From: Dehalococcoidales bacterium
Lineage (GTDB): Bacteria > Chloroflexota > Dehalococcoidia > Dehalococcoidales > UBA2162
Assembly (NCBI GenBank): GCA_034416335.1
Contig: DAOULV010000018.1
Location: 38,788-102,787 of the forward strand
Reading direction: 5' to 3'
Length of the DNA stretch: 64,000 bases
Shown piece by piece: positions 57,863-64,000 of the stretch. The notes below the pieces were generated by a model. The model had not been told where the DNA came from. It did no database searches and saw nothing but the letters and a program-made list of their open reading frames with translations. Every line of letters begins with the position of its first letter. Within the stretch, counting starts at the first letter, position 1. The position numbers were made by a program, and so were the translations under genes.

Positions 57863-59761
57863 CTACTGTTCCGGAATCATATCAGCCATCCCAAGGGAAG
57901 ATAATGTCTCAGGCAGGGGTATACCGGTGTTCTTATCCCATCCCCTGAGGTAGTAATACTCTCTCAGCATATCGGTGAATTTATCTCTGTCAAGGACGTT
58001 ACCTGTGACATTAACCGACTCGTCACCCGGCCCGGGAACCAGCAAAGGACGTGCTGATTTCAGCGGTTCGGTGAAGTTAAATTCCGGTGGGAAATCGTCA
58101 TGCGGCAGTTTCCTGCCTTCCCGTATCATTATCATCCTCTGAACGTTCATGATTCGTTCCGCACAGCGATCGATTTCCTTACTGTCAACTCCGGTGACTG
58201 CAGTGAATATTTCAGCTTCAAGATCAGGGTCTCCAACCGGGTCAGGCTTGCTGAATGAGTAGACAATCGGCCAGCCGGAATCACACAGACCGAGGCTGTC
58301 TTCGGTGTATGCCCGGTTCTGTATTTTAACGGCTGCCAGCGCTTTACCTTCATAGCTGGAGACATTCGCCGCGGCGGCGCTGCCCCAGAATGCTTCAGCT
58401 ATCCTCCTGAAAACTTCGGAAGTTACGGGACTCACATCCGGGTTCATCAGGTTAGCCGCCCAGGCTGCCCTGGCAAAACCGCCGTGAACGAGGGGACGGC
58501 TCATCCGGGGTTCCATAGGATCGAGGAGTGAGTGGACGACCGATGAACGGGGCAGATTGGCGTCGTTTTCCCCGACCGGCACCACTCCGGGGTTAAGCAG
58601 CTCCCGGGCTTTTTGGGGAGCCTTTGCGGCGGCTCTGAACAGACCTTCGGCAAGCAGTTCACCGAAGCCTTCACGATAAGCTATCGAATGCAGCAGTCGT
58701 TCTAAAAATTCAGCAGTGCCTATTTTTGAAAGCGGCAGACCGGTCTCTTCCTCGGTGAGTACGTTCGCCTGATAGCAGTCATAAAGCCAGTTAATCATGC
58801 TGCGGAGTTCGAAGGTGCATATGGAGTAATCATTCGCCAGGACAGGCGCGTTATAAAAGGTATCCACCGGTTCATCTTCACGGGAATACTTCCAGGGCAT
58901 GTAGTATTCCATTGCCTCACAACGGCGGTAATCTTCAAGGTCGGACCTGTCTCCGTATCGGTATTTATTCCTGATACAGGTCAATCCGCACTGGTAGCAG
59001 CCGCCTTTACCGATAGCTTTCAGCAAATGACCGTGACCGCTCATCGTCACGTCGGGAGGAATGGTCAGATCAAGGCGTTTGCTTATCTGGATGGTGTACC
59101 GGTTGAGTTCTTTCAGTTTTGCTGAGTCAAACACCGAAGGTCTGCCGGTGCCTTTTACAGCCACGGCTTTCAGATTTTTCGAAGCCATAACTGCGCCGAA
59201 ACCAGCGGTTGAAGTGGACTGGTGTGAACCGAAAATGATTGCGCTTCTAACCCGGTTTTCACCGGCGACACCCGTAGTCAGGAATTTTGTCCTGTCTCCG
59301 TGGGTCTGGAGAAGAATATCTCCGACGTGGTACGTCCCTTCTCCCCGGAGTGACGAAGCATCAAGCAACTCTACGCTGTCATCATCAATCATCAGATAAA
59401 CCGGCTGTGAAGCACGTCCGGTAACAACTATACCGTCGAATCCAGCCTTTTTAAGTTCCGCCGGGAAAAATCCTCCGATATTGCCGTAGCAGTACTGTTC
59501 CGGATAAGCCATCGGTGACTTACCCGTAACCGCCATACGGGTGGCTCCCTGGGCGCCGGTGGCTACCAGCGGTCCGGTCATAAATATCAGGTGATTTGCA
59601 GCGTCAAAGGCATCAATCTCCGGTCTTACCGTTTCCCAGTAAAGCCTTGAAGCGATACCGCGTCCGCCGAGATATTTTTCAGCATATGGTTGCGTCGAGA
59701 AATCTGAGATCTTGGATGAGGTCAGGTCGACGTGCAGAATTTTACCCATCCATCCGTGCAT
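57863..59761 (-). CDS. Aldehyde:ferredoxin oxidoreductase (AOR) family tungsto/molybdopterin enzyme
   Basis: 632 aa. N-terminal GKILHVDLTS..YLGGRGIASRL is typical of AOR, with pterin- and 4Fe-4S-binding Cys motifs. Confidence 0.9.
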   Translation of the reverse strand: MHGWMGKILHVDLTSSKISDFSTQPYAEKYLGGRGIASRLYWETVRPEIDAFDAANHLIFMTGPLVATGAQGATRMAVTGKSPMAYPEQYCYGNIGGFFPAELKKAGFDGIVVTGRASQPVYLMIDDDSVELLDASSLRGEGTYHVGDILLQTHGDRTKFLTTGVAGENRVRSAIIFGSHQSTSTAGFGAVMASKNLKAVAVKGTGRPSVFDSAKLKELNRYTIQISKRLDLTIPPDVTMSGHGHLLKAIGKGGCYQCGLTCIRNKYRYGDRSDLEDYRRCEAMEYYMPWKYSREDEPVDTFYNAPVLANDYSICTFELRSMINWLYDCYQANVLTEEETGLPLSKIGTAEFLERLLHSIAYREGFGELLAEGLFRAAAKAPQKARELLNPGVVPVGENDANLPRSSVVHSLLDPMEPRMSRPLVHGGFARAAWAANLMNPDVSPVTSEVFRRIAEAFWGSAAAANVSSYEGKALAAVKIQNRAYTEDSLGLCDSGWPIVYSFSKPDPVGDPDLEAEIFTAVTGVDSKEIDRCAERIMNVQRMIMIREGRKLPHDDFPPEFNFTEPLKSARPLLVPGPGDESVNVTGNVLDRDKFTDMLREYYYLRGWDKNTGIPLPETLSSLGMADMIPEQ

Positions 59762-59803
59762 AATAACACCTCAAATAATTGATGGATTATATAGTGTCCA
59801 GAA

Positions 59804-60589
59804 TCACATTCTCAGGGCTTCTTTTTCTTCTGCTGACAGGCTGGAGATAAAATCTGCCAGCTTGTCTTTACCTTGACTGGTTATGGTTACCTTGCCTTCT
59901 CTATCGCCTTCAAGCTTGACATAATCCAGGACAGCGAGTTCGCCTACGAGCGTCCAGATGATATTCTGCCCGAGGGTGGGATATATATTATCTCTTTCGT
60001 CATCGTCATATTCTTCTATTATCCTGTTAACGGCAATACCGGGTTTTTTAGATATCTTGTTCAGCATTCCCAAAGCCCTTCGGGTATAGGGAAGGCCGTC
60101 GCCATAATCCACCAAGTCGAAGGCTTCCAGTTCCATCCGCATCAGGGTGTGACTATCTCCGCAGACCAGAGTCTCTTTTTGCCTGATACCGGTGCCCGGA
60201 CCTCCGAGTAATTCGGCCCCGCCCGGCGGGTCATCGAATAAAGTAACATCGGGAATGTATTTATAGTTCTGCTCCGGTCTTTCAAGGGTCGGTCTGAAAC
60301 CCACTCCGTCATACTTCTTGTATGCAGGGTCATATACGCTGTACGGCGAATGAAAAAAAGGCACGTAAGAGTTTGGCAGTTCACCCTCTTTGTGCCTTCC
60401 GCCGGATACGTATAAAATACTCACCTTATCGGCGAAAGGGCGCAGGATGGAGGGACAGATGCGACCGATGAATTTTTCACCGTCCCAGACGACAGTATCT
60501 CCTATTTTATACTGGAAATGGCAGGGATGTTTTTCTTCATCATTATCGAATCCCAGAACAGTCGCTCTTACTTTAAACATTCGTCTCAC
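59804..60589 (-). CDS. TIGR04076-like domain protein with C-terminal extension (AOR-associated paralogue 2)
   Basis: 261 aa. The FKVRATVLGF..HPCHFQYKIGDTVVWDGEKFIGRIC block and the shared YDGVGFRP motif match 57178-57840. Confidence 0.6.
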   Translation of the reverse strand: MRRMFKVRATVLGFDNDEEKHPCHFQYKIGDTVVWDGEKFIGRICPSILRPFADKVSILYVSGGRHKEGELPNSYVPFFHSPYSVYDPAYKKYDGVGFRPTLERPEQNYKYIPDVTLFDDPPGGAELLGGPGTGIRQKETLVCGDSHTLMRMELEAFDLVDYGDGLPYTRRALGMLNKISKKPGIAVNRIIEEYDDDERDNIYPTLGQNIIWTLVGELAVLDYVKLEGDREGKVTITSQGKDKLADFISSLSAEEKEALRM

Positions 60590-60790
60590 TCCTTTATTAT
60601 TAACGGATACAGGATACGGGATATAAAGATTGTTATCGGTTATAATAGTCTACCCGACCGATAAACGCAAAGATGTAATATCATTTGATGTCAACTATAG
60701 CAGAATGAAAAAAAGAATTCTAAAATATAGACCCGGTCGTGTACGTATATCCTGGCACAGACTGAGGGGTGGTGCCGGGAGATATGACTT

Positions 60791-61753
60791 ATGAACATTG
60801 ATATGGAGAAAAAGGTGAAACTGGTATTTCATAATATTCATAATCATGGCACGGATATAGCCGAGTTGTGGATGAATGAATTAGAAAGTCGTTCCGAAGG
60901 CAGAGTAAGTTTCAGAAAAACCGAAGGTAATGAACAAAAACTGATTAACGATGCAGATATTGTACGGGACGTTCCGGCTTCAGACAGCAGTTATCCGCTG
61001 CTGAACCTTGTCCAGATACCTTTTATCTTCCCCAGCTCATCTGTCGGTAGCAGAGTTATCGCTCAGCTTTATGCCGAATTTCCGGAATTGAGAAGGGAAC
61101 TGAATGATAATAAGGTATTAGGGCTTGGTACAGGTGCGTTAATGGCTGTATTTTCTAACAAATCTAAAGGACCAATCCGCACTCTGGAAGATTTTAAGGG
61201 AGCCAGGATAAGGTCACTCTCTTTAATGGACAGTATTTTCATGGCTCTGGGTGCAACACCGGTAGGAGTGGGATGGTTCGATATGGATCGAATGCTGGGC
61301 GCGGGAGAGATTGACGCAGTTTTTCTGGGTATCATGCCGTCATTTGTGTTTAAACTGGCGGAAGGATCGGCACCTTACTGTACCATTACCGGCAGCAAGT
61401 CCATATCGATGCATCCGATGCGCATATATATGAAATGGGATATCTGGAACAGCCTGCCTCCCGATATACGGGACATTATCGGCGGACTTGGTCCTTCCGG
61501 TGCCGATTGCTGGTACGCCGTACAGAACGGGGGTGATTCCGATAATCATTTGAAAGAAGCACTGGAATATATAAGGCAGAATGGTGAAATAATTGAAGTG
61601 CGTGAGGAAGAAATACGAAGGTGGGACAAGGTAATTCAGGCTGAAGTTGAAGCGATAATAGACGGAGTAGAAAACAGGGGGCTGCCTGCCCGTCGATTTT
61701 ATACCAGGATGCTTGAATTAGTACGGGAGTGCGACACCGCAGCTAAGGAATAA
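60791..61753 (+). CDS. DctP-like (TRAP solute-binding protein fold) protein lacking a signal peptide
   Basis: 320 aa. DctP-type motifs are present (LGATPVGV..GEIDAV). No hydrophobic N-terminus and no adjacent DctQ/M genes. Confidence 0.55.
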   Translation: MNIDMEKKVKLVFHNIHNHGTDIAELWMNELESRSEGRVSFRKTEGNEQKLINDADIVRDVPASDSSYPLLNLVQIPFIFPSSSVGSRVIAQLYAEFPELRRELNDNKVLGLGTGALMAVFSNKSKGPIRTLEDFKGARIRSLSLMDSIFMALGATPVGVGWFDMDRMLGAGEIDAVFLGIMPSFVFKLAEGSAPYCTITGSKSISMHPMRIYMKWDIWNSLPPDIRDIIGGLGPSGADCWYAVQNGGDSDNHLKEALEYIRQNGEIIEVREEEIRRWDKVIQAEVEAIIDGVENRGLPARRFYTRMLELVRECDTAAKE

Positions 61754-61776
61754 ACTCACAGGAAGAGGAAAGTAAA

Positions 61777-62499
61777 ATGGACCTGAAATTGACAGATAAA
61801 GTAGCACTGGTGACCGGTACGGGAAGCCGGATAGGATATGGCAGGGCTATTGCTGTGACCCTGGCGCGGGAGGGATGCGATGTTATCTCAGCAGATATCG
61901 ACCTTGACGGGGCGATGGAAACGGCGGTAGAAATCAGGAAAGAGGGACGTAGAGCACTGGCGGTTAAGGTTGATGTCAGGAACCGGGGTGAAGTGGACAC
62001 GATGGTTAAAAAGAGTCTGGATGAATTCGGCAGGATCGATATACTGATAAACAATGCCGGCGTCAGCAGCAGGTGGAAACCGTTCCTTGAGATGAGCAGG
62101 GAAGACTGGGACTACGATATCGGCGTTAACCTTTACGGACAGATGAATGTGGCCCAGGCGGTACTTCCGCATATGATATCGCAAAAGTCCGGAAGGATAA
62201 TCAATACCTCGGGAGGACAGGGTATCCCCGGGATTTCTCTGTACGGGGCATCCAAAGGCGCGGTTGTACAGTGGACAAAAGCGCTGGCAAGAGAAGTCGC
62301 TCAATACGGGGTGATAGTCTCAGCTTATTCTCCCGGCCTCGGGGCTACGGGACTTACTGCGGATGACCCGCGGGAGATGGAAAACCTGGCAAAGGACAAC
62401 CTTCTCGGAAGGCTTTGCACTCCCGAGGACGTTGGTACGCTGGTGGCGTTTATGGCTTCCGAAATCAGCAGTTACTTTGCCTCTTCATTCAGCAATTAA
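61777..62499 (+). CDS. SDR family oxidoreductase (FabG-like)
   Basis: 240 aa. Contains TGTGSRIGYG (TGxxxGxG), NNAG and YxxxK (YGASK). Confidence 0.9.
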   Translation: MDLKLTDKVALVTGTGSRIGYGRAIAVTLAREGCDVISADIDLDGAMETAVEIRKEGRRALAVKVDVRNRGEVDTMVKKSLDEFGRIDILINNAGVSSRWKPFLEMSREDWDYDIGVNLYGQMNVAQAVLPHMISQKSGRIINTSGGQGIPGISLYGASKGAVVQWTKALAREVAQYGVIVSAYSPGLGATGLTADDPREMENLAKDNLLGRLCTPEDVGTLVAFMASEISSYFASSFSN

Positions 62500-62530
62500 A
62501 AAAATTAAACCTGAAGGAGGTGTTGTCGTT

Positions 62531-63250
62531 ATGACTGAGAAAAATGTCAGGTGTATCTGCCCTTATTGTGAGGAGGAATTCGATACAATCCTTGCTTTGC
62601 AGGAACACCTCGAAGGCAACCACCTGACTGGCACGGAAACACAACAGATATGGGGAAGAGAGATTTATCCCCAGCCGGGTGGCGTGGCATTTATCGATTC
62701 GGATGTGATGAAATGCGTGGGATGCGGTTTATGTGCCGAAGCCTGCTCGATTCAGCACTTCGGCGTTATTAACAAGGACTACGCCCGGATTTACGTACGA
62801 AAGTATCTCCTGCCTTTGCCCAAGGCAATCGTGGTGACGTGCTGCCAGTGCCAGGAAGAAGAAAGGCGGTGTGAACAAGCCTGCCCTGTAACACCGCCGG
62901 CGATTTACTTTGATAATAATACGCTACATATGGTGGTTGATAAAGAGAGGTGCACAGGATGCCTATTGTGCAGAGATGCCTGTGGAACCGAGGCTGTAAG
63001 GAGCAATCCGGAAATATCCGATAAGCCTTTTGTCTGTGACCTCTGCGACACTGATAATAACGGCGAGAGGAATCCACAATGTGTGGAGATATGCCCGATG
63101 ACCGCACTATATTTCCACGACCAGAATGAGCGCGGTCGACCCCTCAGGGATAGTTTTCGGAAGAGTTCCGACGAAAAAGCGGAGATGGTTGCCAGAAGAC
63201 TATATCCACTGACCAGGGACAGCCTGGCTTTCCCTGTCTGGAAACCGTAA
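62531..63250 (+). CDS. 4Fe-4S dicluster ferredoxin-domain protein with N-terminal C2H2-like zinc finger
   Basis: Start at the ATG after a GAAGGAGG RBS. CICPYCEEEF..H..H zinc-finger-like N-terminus. Cys motifs CVGCGLCAEAC, CTGCLLCRDAC and CDLCD..C..CP. Confidence 0.8.
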   Translation: MTEKNVRCICPYCEEEFDTILALQEHLEGNHLTGTETQQIWGREIYPQPGGVAFIDSDVMKCVGCGLCAEACSIQHFGVINKDYARIYVRKYLLPLPKAIVVTCCQCQEEERRCEQACPVTPPAIYFDNNTLHMVVDKERCTGCLLCRDACGTEAVRSNPEISDKPFVCDLCDTDNNGERNPQCVEICPMTALYFHDQNERGRPLRDSFRKSSDEKAEMVARRLYPLTRDSLAFPVWKP

Positions 63251-63271
63251 TCCGTAAACAGGAGATTTTAG

Positions 63272-64000
63272 ATGGAAGAGATAAGATTTAACCTGCTTGA
63301 AGTGAATTTATCCACCGGAGACAGCCGGGTGCTGGATGTGACGGAGGACGTAAAAACATACCTGGGAGGAAATGGCCTCGGCAATAAATTGATATGGGAC
63401 CTGGTTCCACCGGGGACCGACCCTTTCAGCCCTGAAAACGTCCTCCATATCGGCGTCGGGCCGATTACAGGTCTGGTCGGTACTAAAGTGAGTTGCTCGT
63501 TTATATCGCCACTGACCGGCTGGGCGGGTGAAGCCACGGTATCAGGCTATCTCGGTGACGAGATAATGAGGTCAGGTTTTAACACCGGAATCCTGATAAG
63601 AGGTAAAGCCAGTCAACCGGTCTATCTGATGGTCTATAACGATAAAGTGGAAATCAGGGAAGCTTCCGATTTGTGGGGTCAGTACCTGGTCAAGACGGAA
63701 AACACCCTGCGCGACAGATTATACCGGGAGACAGGTCAGGAATTCGGTACGCTGTGTATCGGACCTGCCGGTGAAAATCTGGTAAGGTTTGCCAGCGTGT
63801 CCACTGAAAACGTACACAGTGCGGCGAAGAACGGTGTCGGAGCTGTATTCGGTTCGAAGAACCTTAAAGCCGTAGCAGTTAAGGGTACGAGGACGCCCCC
63901 GTATGCCGACCACCGGAAAGTCTGGGAACTCAGGAAAAAATACACGATGCACCAGGCTACGGCGGTACAAAAAAACCCCGGTTGGGCAAGGTACGGTGCC
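63272..64000 (+). CDS. Second AOR-family oxidoreductase (5' partial, runs off window)
   Basis: Open frame from the ATG at 63272 to the window end. MEEIRFNLLEVNLSTG..YLGGNGLGNKLIW.. and GPAGENLVRFA..NGVGAVFGSKNLKAVAV match the AOR N-terminal domain. Confidence 0.85.
   Translation, partial: MEEIRFNLLEVNLSTGDSRVLDVTEDVKTYLGGNGLGNKLIWDLVPPGTDPFSPENVLHIGVGPITGLVGTKVSCSFISPLTGWAGEATVSGYLGDEIMRSGFNTGILIRGKASQPVYLMVYNDKVEIREASDLWGQYLVKTENTLRDRLYRETGQEFGTLCIGPAGENLVRFASVSTENVHSAAKNGVGAVFGSKNLKAVAVKGTRTPPYADHRKVWELRKKYTMHQATAVQKNPGWARYGA

Noticed and set aside
57051-57900. tRNA-Pro as an integration site for a genomic island
   Set aside because: No integrase, no direct repeat of the tRNA 3' end and no compositional shift are visible downstream. 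The AOR cluster has host-like GC.

Overview
This 64 kb window looks like bacterial chromosome of roughly 50% GC. The gene content suggests an anaerobe, possibly Chloroflexota-like, but the taxon is inference only: AOR-type oxidoreductases, an ETF/acyl-CoA dehydrogenase set, a B12 acyl-CoA mutase with epimerase and thiolase-DUF35, a T-box leader, and very dense REP-like repeats. Most genes are housekeeping or metabolic, including trpB2, dnaE, pcrA, mutL, rlmB, ogt, radC, mobB, yggS and tRNA-Pro.

Five visibly AT-rich accessory insertions or regions stand out:
1. A four-gene minus-strand operon at 21.3-25.4 kb encodes TIR-like, giant QueC-like PP-loop, double-SLATT membrane, and TIR-like proteins. 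I consider it the best candidate for an undescribed Thoeris/Qat-hybrid anti-phage system.
2. A Type II restriction-modification cassette is wedged exactly between pcrA and mutL.
3. A second RM cassette lies directly after mutL. Its GIY-YIG endonuclease is frameshifted.
4. A 629-bp MITE-like element with a 9-bp target-site duplication is inserted into a REP element. An intact copy of that REP elsewhere in the window shows the empty site.
5. A 1.4 kb repeat-only region sits next to the defence island.

Other notable items are a Trp-specific T-box upstream of trpB2 and a mycothiol-like GT4/PIG-L/tandem-GNAT cluster. There is also an M50 protease homologue with a destroyed HExxH motif, a ~530-nt hairpin-rich non-coding stretch ending in a terminator, and an AOR cluster with two unusual paralogous accessory genes.

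All domain calls come from reading motifs in the supplied translations. No database search was run.
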